Assembly (NCBI RefSeq): GCF_009834535.1
Contig: NC_045697.1
Location: 78,060,001-78,124,000, forward strand
DNA length: 64,000 nt
Source: Camelus ferus
Taxonomy: Eukaryota
Reading direction: 5' to 3'
Shown: positions 35,681-48,850 of the stretch, piece after piece
Numbering within the stretch: position 1 is the stretch's first letter
Layout: each line of letters starts with the position of its first letter
The notes under the pieces: generated by a model
What the model saw: the letters and a program-made list of their open reading frames with translations, nothing else
Told to the model about the DNA's origin: nothing
Database searches by the model: none
Program-made: the position numbers and the translations under genes

Positions 35681-38294
35681 TATAAATACTGATAAGTTAT
35701 TAGGAGCTTAGTCAGAAGAAAAGTGTCTTAGACCCATTTGATGGTAAGCAGGTGATAGTTTGTGGGCAGCTGAAAGCTGTACAGTGGAAAAGATATTCAA
35801 AGAGCATCTTGGTCCTAGCTCTCTGAGGCGTTCCATTCTTCCACTCTCAGTGAGCAGCATGGAACCTGGAGGACATCTAGGTCTCCCTGCATTGTCTGAT
35901 CTAGACAGAATTGAACTGTGCCCTCAGTTCACCAATGACTTATGTAAGCCCTCAATCTTTCCATGATTTCTGAAGAATTTCCACCTGAAGATTTATACTT
36001 TCATAATCCTCTTTTCCTGTGAGCTGTCTTCACCTAGCAGAGTGTCTAGCAAGGCAAGAAAACTGAAGACTTCTCAAGTACCCCAAAAGAGTATCCACAG
36101 ATTAGGGGAAAATGTAAAATTTACTGAATATTTTGTGGGAAGGCAAACCATGATGAAACTCCAGTTTAGTGATTCTTGTTCACCAAGTCCCTCAGGGTGT
36201 TAATATTATGCAGGGTTCTCTCTCTCCCTCTTTACCAAGCACCTCCCTCCAGGTTACCTCTTCTTCACTTCAAGGATCCCCCAATATTTTGGAAAATGAT
36301 TACACATTTTCTGGCTTATAGTTCCAAACTCCCATTTAGACATTCATCAAAGTGTTCAATTGAGCAATGGCCTTCTGTAACATAATTCATCCTATCTAGA
36401 AAGGATTCAATGTTATAGATAGTGACATATTTCCTTATTATATTTGACATATACTTGGCAACATCCATTCTTTCTTGTATCTGTTTGTTGAACAAGTGTT
36501 GATGAATACAACCTATGGTCTAAGCACTTGCAGGCTTGGCTTTTAGGAATACGATGGAGTAGCTGACCTCATGGGTAAAAGATGATAGGGTTAAAATCTA
36601 TATGTATATATGGTTAATGAATACCTATTTCTGACATTTGTGTGGTGTTAAAAAGATTTCAGGATATAGTACTCAAAATTAAGATACACTATAAACAAAG
36701 CTTTGTCAGAGTTGGACTTAGATTTTCAGCAGCACAATACTCATGCTCCAGTCCTCCCACTGAAGTCAAAGATCAGGGTAAAAACCTGCAGGATATGGTG
36801 ATGGAGAGCAGTAGGTGGAAGCTGGGTCTCTGACTGATGTCCACAATCCAACAACTTTTTGGGATCAATTTTCTCATGAAAATAACCATAACAGAAAAAG
36901 TTAATTGAAATGATGAATGGATGAAGAGGATGAGTCATGGTTACCAAGAATAAAAGTGCTGAGTTGTTGATGAGGTACCGAAATGATCAGTAACACATTT
37001 AAACTTGCTGCCACTCCCTAACCACTTACAGCTGGCTCTTCGGTGTGCACTGTAAGGAACTTGACAATGAAACTCATTTCGCGTTAAGTAGGGTCCAAAG
37101 TGGTCCTCAGCCTGGCCTGATCCTTTCTCCTTTCCTTCAAACTCCTTTGATAGATAAAGAGAGGAAAGGGAGGGAAAGAGGTGTGCAAGGGGAGACCCTT
37201 TCCCCATACAGAAAGGAGAGAAGAAAACAAATGTAATTTTCAATGATACATGTTCATATGTAATGAAGACTAAACTTCTTTCTTAAAAATGATCAACTTG
37301 GCCATTCTTTTTAAGCTCACAGCTTGCTTCCATCTCTGAGCGGAAAAAAAAAAAAAAAAAAAAAAAAGACAAACAAATTCAAGTATGGTGACAATTTCAG
37401 AGGATCTACCTTGATCTTAAAGTGAAAAACTGTGTAATACTAAGGACTAATTTCACAAAATCTACTAGAACAAAAGTAGTTCATCTCTAATTAAAAAATT
37501 ACTTCACACGTATATTCTCTTGATTATGTTCCATAGGCCTTAAATATGACTCAGTAAGTATATGAACATTAAAAGTTAAAATGAAAGACCTGCAACCAAT
37601 AATTCATTACACCCATTTAGTTGGTCTAAAAAAATGTGGACCCAGAAATATTTCCACTTACCTGTGACATGGTCTTAATGAACTGAGAGGAGATAGTTAG
37701 ATTCAATAATTTAAGCCTTCAAATAAAAATTTTAAAGTTTCCTTTTTCACAGTCTATTGAGAGATAAAATATTGATTTTTCTTCAGTGGGTGTAGAAGTT
37801 GGATATGCTACTACTCCAGAGACGAAAAGAAAAAGAGGCCCCTTAGTTTTACTTAAGCTCATTCTGTTTTGGCTGTTATCTATATAGTCCTCTGCATTCT
37901 TGAGTCACATTGATTATTATCAATAAGTCAAAGCCATTGTCTTCAGTAATTTGACAGGTTCTGCAAAAGTTTGATGGACATGGGTCTTTGTGTGCAAAAC
38001 TGATATACAGCTGATATACATTTTATGGATAAATTCAGCATTATATGAGAATTCTGAGATGGGGCCTTCAAACTCATTGTTAATATTTGTCCAGTCGAGG
38101 GAGGTCTTATATAGGTAAGGAAATACTATTTCCAAGTTGACCTGTTGACTTCTGGGTTTGTCACTTGGGCCTCTGTAGTGAATATTTGTTGATTTTGGCA
38201 TCACATATCCAATTACCCCACCTCTGGTAACATATGTTGATGTTTGTTTAAGGATCAACTTTTCTCCCATTTTTAGTCTACCCACTTAGAATTT

Positions 38295-38671
38295 ACTCTA
38301 CCACTGATTCTAGGTGTGTGGTTTGAGAGTCCAGGCTTAACTCAGAGCTTTGCCTTTCCCGAGCCACCATGCTTAGCACGAGCACATGATCCAATCCGAG
38401 ATGGTAAGATACAAAGAGAATTTTGCAGATGATTGTGTAAAATTTCTTCCTGCAGGACTTAAATCTGAAAGGATGAAGCCAACAAGATAAAGGCAGAGCT
38501 GAATAATGTAGAAAAATGTTATCCTGATGACATTGCCCCAGCCCAAACATACCCCAAACAACTCCTACCTATAGACTTCAGTTTCAGGAGTCAATACATT
38601 TCCTTTTTGTTTAAACCAAACTTGGGTCAGGCTTTCTGTCACTAGCAACCAAAAAAGTTCTAACTGATATA
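38295..38671 (+). mobile_element. ERVL/MaLR LTR (LTR16/MLT1-like)
   Basis: gagtcaatacatttcctttttgtttaaacc..ttctgtcactagcaaccaaaaaagttctaactgata 3' end. Confidence 0.65.
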
Positions 38672-38904
38672 GGTTTTTATTCTATTATTTTATTTAAATT
38701 TTTTTTTTAAATTAAAAAAGTCTGTCCTCTAGGACAAACTTGAGTGACTGTTTGGATGGTGGGCTTGTCTATGCCCAGACCCAGTGCTTTCATCTTCCCC
38801 AAGTTGCTCACACTCACAGAGACATGTTCTGATGTTTTTTCTTTACTCAGGTGATACTTTTTTCACATAAAGAAACTTCTGCACTAAGAAAAGCTTTATA
38901 ATAA

Positions 38905-39293
38905 TGTCATGCACTGAGTTCTGTTCCCCCTCTGCCAAATCCATATGTTGAAGTCCTGAATCCCAGTACCTCAGTGAGATCTTGTTTGGACATACGGTCT
39001 TATTTGGATGGGTAATCCAGTTAAAATGATGTCATCAGGGTAGCCCCCAATCCAATATGAATGGTATCAGTATAAACAGGGGAAATCTGGAATCAGACAC
39101 ACCTATAGGGAGAAGAGACATAGAAGGAAGATGGCCATCAAGAAAGGGGCCTGGGACACATCCTTCCTTCACAGTCCTCAGAAGGAGCTAACCCTGCTGA
39201 CGCCTTGATCTCAGACTTCGAGCCTCCAGGACAGTGAGACAATAAATTTCTGCTGTACTATTTTTGGGTACTTTGTTATGGCAGCCTAATGCA
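38905..39293 (+). mobile_element. MLT1B-like LTR
   Basis: catatgttgaagtcct..aatccaatatga..cctcagaaggagctaaccctgctgacgccttgatctcagactt..acagtgagacaataaatttctg. Confidence 0.85.
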
Positions 39294-39992
39294 ATGGGTA
39301 AAGGAGCTCACTTTGAAACTAGAGTGAGATAAATTGTTTTAAAAGTATAATTTTATTTGCTGTAATCTGACATAACTTTACCACAAATTGTTGCTATTTG
39401 TAGAGCTAGAAATTGATTTAACAAGCACCTGGGAAAATCAATGGTGGCAGAGGTATCAACTAAATCCAGTAAGAGATGCAATATATTTAATATTCAAAGC
39501 TGATTTCAGGAATGATTGCTTTTAGAAAGAAAAGAAATAGATCATATTTTTAGCAGGTGTGACAATTTGTGTTTATTTTGATAAGATACTTAGAAAATTA
39601 TTGTGATGTGATATGGCATTTTACGCTTTTAAAAAATACTTCAGAACATTTATCTTTTGTAAATCCTTCACTAAAAAACATTAAAGAAGTTTCAGGAAAA
39701 TCCCAATATTTGCACATTTTCATTGTTGCCTTCTTAAAATTTGTCATGAAATCATCAGTGAAAATTAATAAATTTTCATTAATTGCAGTTGTCTTAAACC
39801 ACTTAATTTCTTCTGTGGAACTATGACATAAAATACCAAAACGTAAGTTAAGTTCCTACTTAAAGCCAAGACTCTTTAAGTTTAAATTCTGGACTCCCAA
39901 CCAAAGATTTGGAGCCAGAGATCGACTAATTATCTGAAAGAAAGCAAAATTCTTTGCTGAAGTGGAGGAATATCCCTGCCTTTCACATACAC

Positions 39993-40486
39993 CAACTAAT
40001 CTCAGACTTATAATAGTTTGACTTAAGATTTTTCGACTTTACCATGGGAAAGCAACACACATTCAATGGAAACTGTACTTCAGATTTTGAATTTGGATCT
40101 TTTCCAGGGCTGGTGACATGTACACGATTCTCCCTCTTGATGCTGAGCAGCAGCCGCCGCTCCCAGTCGGCCACGGGATCACCACGGCAAACAACTGATA
40201 CACTTACAACCATTCTGTACCCAGACAATCATTCTGTTTTTCATTTTCAGTGCAGAATTGAATACATTATATGGAATATTCAACATTTTATTATAAAATA
40301 GGCCTGTGTTAGATGCTTTTGCCCAATTATAGGCTAAAGTAAGTGTTCCGAGCACATTTAAGGTAGGCTAGGCTCAGCTATGATGTTCGGTAGATTAGTG
40401 TATTAACCGCATTTTCCACTTACTGTACTTTCAACTTGTGATAGATTTATCAGGACACGGCCCTATGGTAAGTGGAGGAAGATCTG
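39993..40486 (-). mobile_element. Tigger5/MER47-family TcMar-Tigger element
   Basis: taaggtaggctaggctcagctatgatgttcggtag and ggtaagtggaggaagatctg-TA resemble the reverse complement of MER47. Confidence 0.85.
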
Positions 40487-41165
40487 TATGAATCTCCATA
40501 CACATGCGCAGAGAGACAGACACACACATGCACAGAGCACTACATAAGATCTATGTTTAAATGAGCATATTTGAGAGGTCAGAGACAAATCTTTCATCAC
40601 AGATTGCATGTGGTACCTCCAAACTAAGTGGGTAAATTTTTAAGTAGACTAATCAATGGAAACTGTGTAAAAATATAAACTCTTCCTTTCTAGTGATTCA
40701 GTACAATGACTCAATCAATTCTGCATTGTTTACTTGAACTCCTGCACGTTTTACAGTGTCTATCTTGGTGTTGGATGAAGGAGCAAAGAAAATGCTGTTT
40801 TAAAGAAAAGTTACACACTTAGTTCATGACAGGGAGTGATAGAGATAAATAATTACTGCCCTTTTGCGCCTCCCCTTCAAATAGCAAAATCCCACCCATA
40901 AGAAAAATTGATTTTTTAAGAATAAAAGATGTTACTGTTTGCCCTTTCCATCGGAACTGCAGGATATTGCCACAGTCTCAATTTATACTACATATAATTT
41001 TACAGGAATATTTCATCTAAAATCTTTGTGGAAATTTTTAGGAAAAAGAAGTTAGGCCAATAGACAATGAAATGCTTGCTCTTCATTTTTTAACATTTGC
41101 AAGTTCAGAGAGAAAATTTTTCAGCATGATGTGATCCATTTTCTCTACCATTTATTCTCTTTCAG

Positions 41166-41255
41166 GGCTTAAGGTTGATCATTTTCAAACATTCTGCATT
41201 ATTTTCAAAGATTTGTCTTAGAGCCAGGCTGAATAGAGAAGGCAGAATTGTCCAG
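41166..41255 (+). other. Candidate 90-nt exon (open in phase 0: GLRLIIFKHSALFSKICLRARLNREGRIVQ)
   Basis: Long pyrimidine tract ttttctctaccatttattctctttcag| and donor CAG|gtgaga; peptide not recognised. Confidence 0.3.
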
Positions 41256-41904
41256 GTGAGAAGCATTAACATCTCATTAAACAAGTTTCTAATTTTATTT
41301 TTAACACATTGTTGTGCACCTTACTCCCTGCATAATATTGGCCTGATCACTTAATGTTTTAAGTATGTCTTTTTAAAAAGAAAAAAAAAAAAACAACAAT
41401 GTCCTTCTTCACTTCTCATACTTTTGTTTTCCTCCGGGGGCTGTACAACTTCATAAAGCATATAGCCAGCCTTAAGTGCACCCCCCACTCCCCCCACACG
41501 ATGAAAAGAACAACATTACTTAAGGAAAGTATTCTTTTACTAGAAGTTTCTGAGACTGACTAGAGGAAGGTTTCTATATAAAATACTAGACACCCACCAC
41601 AATTTTTGCCATCTGAATTCCATTTCTTTTTGGTGTACCTTGTGTGTGCGTGCGCCTGCGCACATCCACTGTGAACTGGAATTACGGAAGCAGACATCAA
41701 AAGGTCAAGCGATTGCCATAATTTTTCATTCTCTCTCCTTATATTCACATTTTCCCCAAATACTCTACTGCTCTTAGTTCTATTGATCTTGATTTTTCCC
41801 ACTACTTTTGTTCCCAATTAATCAAAGATATGTGGAATTCTAATTCTGTTGTATTCCTTCTCTTCTTTTTTGAGATTTTTTTTTTTTTTATTGCTAGAAA
41901 GAAC

Positions 41905-42340
41905 TTCTATCTTATCCAGCTGCGAACTTAAATAAGCTCTCTACTTCTCTAGGTCACTGATGGCAAATGGTAAACAAATTTACATTTGGGATTTTCTATT
42001 CATTTCCCACCCAGTTGACACTGAGCCAATGATAACCGCTCATTAACTGTGCAGCTCTGGATCATTTGTGTGACCCAGACCGTGTTTCTAGGTGGCTGAT
42101 GACTCTATCACGTAAGGCAGAATCAAAAGCCTTGTTGAAGCCACGACAGATACTATCTGCCAGTATCCCTCTGCGTTCCAAGAGCTCCTTAGAAAAATGT
42201 GAAAAAGTTTTCACTGTGATCAATCTAGGTGTTAAATACATTTTTTTTTTTTTTGCACAAGTTTCTGTAAAATGGAACTTGATGATCCTGTACAGATAAA
42301 ATGGGTAGGCACATTTTCTCTTTCTGGTCACTTTGGGTTC
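41905..42340 (-). mobile_element. CR1/L3 LINE reverse-transcriptase relic
   Basis: ORF 42062-42331(-) has RGILADSICRGFNKAFDSALRDRVISHLE, resembling CR1 RT G..VD.IYLDF.KAFD.V.H..LI.KL; downstream ISDLE..KFA resembles INDL..KFADD. Confidence 0.7.
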
Positions 42341-43127
42341 ATTCTGTAGCAGTGTGGTTCTCTTGTGATGAATTTCTTCTCAAGCTCTCAGGAGAATTTA
42401 GATTCAATTTTTGGTAGTTTAGAAATATTAAAATTATTAAACCGTGACTGATAAGTCACTAAACTGATTAAAGTGAGGAATTAACCTCTGCCCCAGAAGA
42501 GTGACAACTTCCAACAGTCAATGCAAGGATCCTGACAGGTTGTCAGGACACTTGGGTCCTGTTGTCAGTTACATCCAAAGCTCATTATTCCATGTTCTTG
42601 GGCAACATCCACTACCTGTGTCTCAATTTCTTCACCTGTAAAGTGACAATAACACATGTTTTACTAAATGTGAAGAGGTTTTCTACTATCAAATTAAATA
42701 AAATATGTGTAAGTTGTTTTGACACTCTGAAACACTTAACTACATGAATCTAAGATATTTTACAATAATAATGAATTAAACAATATATTTCACAAAGATA
42801 AACATTTTTTAATTCTGAAAATTATGATTTCTACTTTGTAGTTGAAACCATGGTTTATAAAATAAATGTTAGTATATTGTGTGATATGTTGCCAAGAAAT
42901 TTAAAAAATTTTCATTGATATGAATTAGATCATGCAGAAATGAAAACAATTATTTTGATAATTCAAGATAAAAACTACTTTCAACCAAATTCTCCAAATT
43001 TCTTTTGTGTATTTGAAATTATCTCAGAGGACCAAAGAAAAATTTTGATGTTACCTATTAAGAAATAGAACCGTACAATCAAATTATGCTTCTGTAAGAA
43101 GATGTATGTGAAATTAAATGTTTTTGT

Positions 43128-43303
43128 ACAAACTACCAGTTATAAAATAAATAAATCACAGGTATGTAATGTACAGCACAGGGAATACAGTCCACATTTA
43201 TAATAACTTTGTATGGTATATAATTTAGAAAAATATTGAATCACTATGTTGTACACCTGAAACTAATATAATTTTATAAGTCAACTGTATTGCAATTAAA
43301 AAT
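43128..43303 (+). mobile_element. L1 3' end with 17-bp TSD
   Basis: tgtacagcacagggaata..gaatcactatgttgtacacctgaaactaatataa; TSD aaattaaat(g/a)tttttgt at 43111 and 43304. Confidence 0.85.
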
Positions 43304-44989
43304 AAATTAAATATTTTTGTATTATTAAATTGTGCTCTGAAAAAGTTTTAACTTGTGTTATTATTATTTGATCAAGTTAATGTGTAGCCACATCCATAGA
43401 ACACATTTCCTTTGAAGGAATTCAGAAGCATGAATTAATGTTATTTTTCAGATCTCATTTATTTCCTAACATCCCCTTGGAAAAATTACTTCTAGAATTG
43501 GAAGAAAGCAAATAAGGGGCGGTAGAATTACGTTTTTACTTTATGACCTTTTCTACTGTTTACTTTATATCGCATATTGCTGAAACAAGCTGAACAGTGA
43601 TAGGAAATATTTTGGGGGGTGGAAAATGAAGGTGTGGGAATCGGGCAGCTGGTGGGACTTTAACAATTTTGCCCATTAAGTGTACTACCTACTTTGAAAA
43701 TGCAAAATCAGACTTTCCTAAAACTCAGAACTCTTCATATGCTGAAGAAACATGCTTGATATCAACCTGAATTTGTTTTTCTTTATTTATGAGTCCTAAA
43801 TTTTGCTTGAATTTTGGCTTTTTCCTTGAAAATTTATTGCATTTTCTTCATCTAATACAATTTTTTTTTGAAACTGCCAGTGTCTCTGTTCATGCATCTG
43901 GAAGTGAAAATGTTGTAATGGCCACAATTACATTTGCTTTATAGGGGAAGGCGAAACAAAAGCTTGGGATTCATAATTACTTCTGACATAATTTCTCCCT
44001 TTGAGTACTGTTAGTTTTTTTCCAAATGCTCATTTATAAACATGTCATTGCAGTCATATTATTGGATAGTCAGTAATCTTATAAATTATATAAATAAATT
44101 TAAAAGCTCTGTAAAAACAATGAAAATTGTTTTTCTTCTATTTTAGCGAAACAAGTCATAACTGATTATTTCAAATAAAAGAACTAAGTGAACAGGGTAA
44201 CATTTATAATAATAAGAAACTCTGTAATGTTGCCTCCCAAGGGGTTAGCAGCAAACGAAGTTATTCATGAAACTCCTTTGGCTTTTTTGGATAAGACTTT
44301 CATAGTTTAGTGTCATATACGGCAGAACAGAAATGAGATGAATAAGCACCTTCTTGGTCCATGAAATTTATTTCTCATCCCATTCTGGTAGCATTGTAGA
44401 TGAATGTGCTTACAATAATTATAAACATCAAATAATCTGAGGCAGTCGTAGCGATTTAAAGATTTCCTGAGCATCCAAATGCGTGTTCTGATAGTCTGTA
44501 ATAGCTCTTGGTAGTACAGAAATGTATGTAAGTAAACAGATGAACACGCTTTTGCACCTGAGACTTTATAATTTAAAGACAGGCAATGAAGGAGACAGGT
44601 AGATGATTAAAAAAAAATAACATTGATAATGAATCTAACTTCCACATAGATGTGTCATAGTAAAAACAATTTTTTTAAATGAAGAACATTGTGAGCAGAC
44701 AGGAACACAGGTCAGTGCCAGACACAATCTTGGTCTAATCACTGATTTCCCACCATCACTAAGCAAAGGGAAGCAATACTAGGATTATGGATGATGACTG
44801 GTTATTTTTAAGAATTTTTTTTCCTAATTCCTAACTAAATAATTAGACAAAAAAATATTTCCCTTGGTTTCCTCCCAGATGCTGAGGCTGGTCACTGAGC
44901 AGGATGCTGAGAGATGGACGTGGGCGCTCAGGGCCATCCCGCTGGACCCAGCTTCACCTTCTCCCCTTAACTGCAGTGCTCAAATTCCC

Positions 44990-45335
44990 ACCAGTGAAAA
45001 CTGGGATTGGCATTTGGAGAGCCTACACCCGGCATCTCTGTGTGACTTGGCTTCCTCCCAGTGTGACAGCTACAGAGTATTTCTTGCATCATTGCCCATG
45101 GCTCCAAGACCAAGTTTTCCAAATAACAAGGAGGTAGCTGGGTCTCCTTTTCTGACCTAGTCTTGGAAGCCATGTGGTATCACGTCTACCTCATTTGTTT
45201 AGTTGTGACTCAAAAGCCCACCCAGATTCAAGGGAAGGGGACATAGACTCAACTTCTTAAAGAGTTAACATTGTACATGAACAAGAGGGATGGGAAACAT
45301 TGTTATGACCATCTTTGGAAAACACAATCTATAGC
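44990..45335 (-). mobile_element. MLT1 (G/H-like) LTR
   Basis: tgacctagtcttggaagcca..gcccacccagattcaagggaaggggacatagactc..ccatctttggaaaacacaatct. Confidence 0.75.
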
Positions 45336-46874
45336 AGTTTATGTAACTTGTTCTCTTTTTTATAGGTAGTCACTGCTGAGATAATCTCTCTCAGTCCATA
45401 AATTTAATTATAAACCAATGAATGCCAAGTTTATATCTGACTTCTACTCTGAGTTCTAAACATGAATATTCAGTTCTCTATTTGACCAGTAGTATTCCCT
45501 GCTCCCCCACACCCAAGTCCTGATAATCAAAAATGTCTCCGGATATTATCAGTTGTCTGTTCCTTGCGGGGAACATTGTTCCCAGTTGAAAGCCGTTTGA
45601 CTAAAGTGATTTTAATTGATTGGTAATGATGTTCTACTTACTAACATTAAAAAATTTAAATGGTTGCTCACGTGCCCTTGTTTCAGGTTTGTTTCTTTGA
45701 TTGTTTCAAATCTACAAACACACTTTAACGGAGGACTGACTTTTGGAGTCCCACTGGTAACTATTATTTTTAAAAGCGGGAGTTGCTAGCATGATTTTCC
45801 TGGCTGGTATGAATGAAGCCACTGGGTAAGAGAAAGAGACACCATGCACTGTTATAATTAGTGTGGCTGTTTTAGGCTGCATATCGTTTTACAGATCTTT
45901 GACCCATGTGTATTGAAAACAAAAGAAAGACTTACTTTAGGAACAAGAATTCAGTAATGAATGGTAGGATATTTTTGTCAAGATAAATTAATCTTTCTTT
46001 TGTGTGAATCCTTTTGCTTTAATGCATTCTCACTGAGCTTTCGTAGAAAATGTCCTACATGTTTATATTCTCCATACTATCTTTCTTTTATTGTAAAATC
46101 CATAAAGTAAAGGGAATCAGTTTTCATGCTGTCTTTCAAAACACTGCACACTATGCTTCAGAATTATTTTTGCTGCTTCTGCTGATGATAATGATGACAG
46201 TACAAAACCATATGCCAGATATAAATAGTGAAGTGACAGTTATAGTCTGCATACAATAGAATGGATCACTGGCTGCTTTGGGCTTCACTGGAGTCCTCCA
46301 TAGTCACACAAAAGTGTGCACGGAGTGGGCCCTGAGAAGCTACTTGCAGAGTTTCTGGAAAGAACTGATGTGTTTTTCTAAAGGTTAGAAGCAGAAGAAA
46401 TTATTCATTATTCATTATTCACTAGAAATGTGTTTCTAGCTTCCTTCTTAAAGGATAAATAGAATGGAGTGTTTTAATTTGGTGACTCTTTTTATGGTTG
46501 GCTGGGGTAGAGTTCTCATTTCTTTCTGTGCTAAAATTAAAGAAGCTAATCTCTACTATGTACTTTACATACAAATGTGAAATATATATGTAATATACAT
46601 AATACATATGAAACTGATATATATTAATATGTATATATATGTTCCTCATTAGCTGGGTGTGTCTTTAGTCATGTTACTTAATATTTTTATATAGTGTTAA
46701 TAATAATAGGATTTATCTCATACAGTTGTTTTGAGTATGGTATGAATATGATATATAGATACTTAGAATGTTGCACACAGTTTATGTACTCAATAAGCCT
46801 AGCTATGGTTACTATTATAGCCTTTCTCTCTCTCGCTTACACACATGCACACCTGTCATATTTTTTTATCTATA

Positions 46875-47200
46875 TGACAAGCATGTATTGAGTATTACTT
46901 AGGTGCTGGAATTATACTAGGTGGGCATTAGTCAAGTCAGCTCGGATCCTGTTCTCACGGAGCATGTGTTCCAATGAGGAAGGCAAATCAAAAACAATTT
47001 CACAGATAAATAAAAATAACTGCAACTCATCATAAGAGCCAAGAAGGAAATCAGTAGGCAACCAAGGAAGAGAATAAGAAGAAGGACGTGACGGGGAGGC
47101 ACCATTAGTGGGGTGGTGAGGGAATGCCTCTCTGGGAAAGTGGCATCAGGGTTGCGACTGGAGGGCTGGTGGGACTTAGCGTGTGACTGTGAAGGAAGAG
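46875..47200 (-). mobile_element. L2 3' region
   Basis: caagcatgtattgagtattacttaggtgctgg..ggtggtgagggaatgcctctctgggaaagtggca. Confidence 0.7.
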
Positions 47201-47639
47201 TACAGGTAAGATGGCTTTGCCACCAAAAGACAGTGGCATGTCTTTCATTGTCTTGGTTCTCCATATCCCTTTTGCCAACACCCTAGGAATTGGGGCTTAG
47301 AAATACATGCTGATGCTTTTTCACTGACTGACTGAATTACGGACTAACCATAAGTGGAGAACACCTCCAGACCACTGACTTTTATTTAGGTTTTGAGTTA
47401 GTTAGAGTTAGAGTTTGAGGAAGTCATCTGGGATATGAAAATAAAATCAGGGATTTGTAATAACAAAACCAGTAATTTAGAAATATGCTAAGCCTGACAA
47501 AATTCTCTCCTTGCTGGCAGCTGCAGCTGCCTGGGTCTCTAGGGGAGCATCCTACTTACTGAAGTGCGAGTTTTTAATTTTAAACCGAGAAAAACAAAAC
47601 AACTCCAATGTCTTTGATTTTTTTTTAAAAGAAAAGATT

Positions 47640-48850
47640 ATTTCTTTAGAATGAAAATAAAAATAATGTATGCACAAGATGTGCAGAAAGTTATGAGAAC
47701 TAAAACTCACCCCCTCTTTTTTAGGCCACCACTTCTGTTCCCAGCAATCTCTGCAAAGGTAACCATTTAGGGTTCATATATAGTTTTTGTAGAAAATATA
47801 ATTTCATCTATCAGCACAGATATTACATATGTGCATGTGTGTGTGTGTGTGTATGTATATATGTATACATATATATATTTAAAGTCTTTGCAAATGGCAT
47901 TGTATTATAAATGCTGATATATACCTTACTTTTTCATCTAATCAAATGGCTTACAGACCTTCTGTTTGCATCCGTAGACATAAACATCTTTTTTTAATGG
48001 CTGTACAATGTCCTATCTTACGAGAGTGTCACAATACATTTTACACACTCTCATTAATAAGCCTTTGGATTATTTTCCTGCTTATTCTTACTATACATAA
48101 TCCTGAAAGGAACCTCTTAACCAGTGGGAACATCATTTTTTTCAGTAGAGTCAGTTCCTAATAGTGGAATTGTTCAGTCAAAGGATGCTTAATCATTGTT
48201 GATTTTGGTCATTATTACTAGATTGCACTAAAAAAAATTTACACCAATTAAAACTCTCTCAAAAGTGCCAGAATTCCTCATAACCTGTCTCTCCATAGTT
48301 GCATTAACACTGGATATTATTAAACTTCAAACATTTTGTCAGTCTGATAGATGAAAAGTTATCTGTGATTCACTTTTCTTTATGAGTCAGGTTGAGAATC
48401 TTTTTGCAGATTATTGGCCATTTTGTTTCTATATCTGTGAATTGCCTGTTTACATTAACTGATTATTTTTTCATTATTTTCATTTTCATTTCCCCACCCC
48501 TTGGTCTTTTTCTTGCTAATTGAATAAACATGTAAATTGGAAAATTAGCTCTTTGACTATCAAAATATGATGCAAAGTTTTTTCTTTCTTTTTGCCATTG
48601 ATTTTTTAGCTTTGTTTATATTTTTTGGCATTTTCCTTAACAGTTTCTCAGTTTTGTGTCATGTTTAGGAAAGCCTTTCACATTACAAAATTAAAGAAGT
48701 ATTTCCCCATGTTTTCTCTTGATACTTTCATGGTTTCATTTTATAATTCAAAATCTTTGATCCATCTGGAATTTATTTTGACATAAGGACTCATTTTCTT
48801 TTCAAAATGATGAGGCAGTTGTCACCACATTATTTATTGAATAATATGTA
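47640..48850 (-). mobile_element. L1ME 3' region
   Basis: agtggaattgttcagtcaaagg..gtcagtctgatagatgaaaa..tctttgatccatctggaatttatttt..cacattatttattgaataa. Confidence 0.75.
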
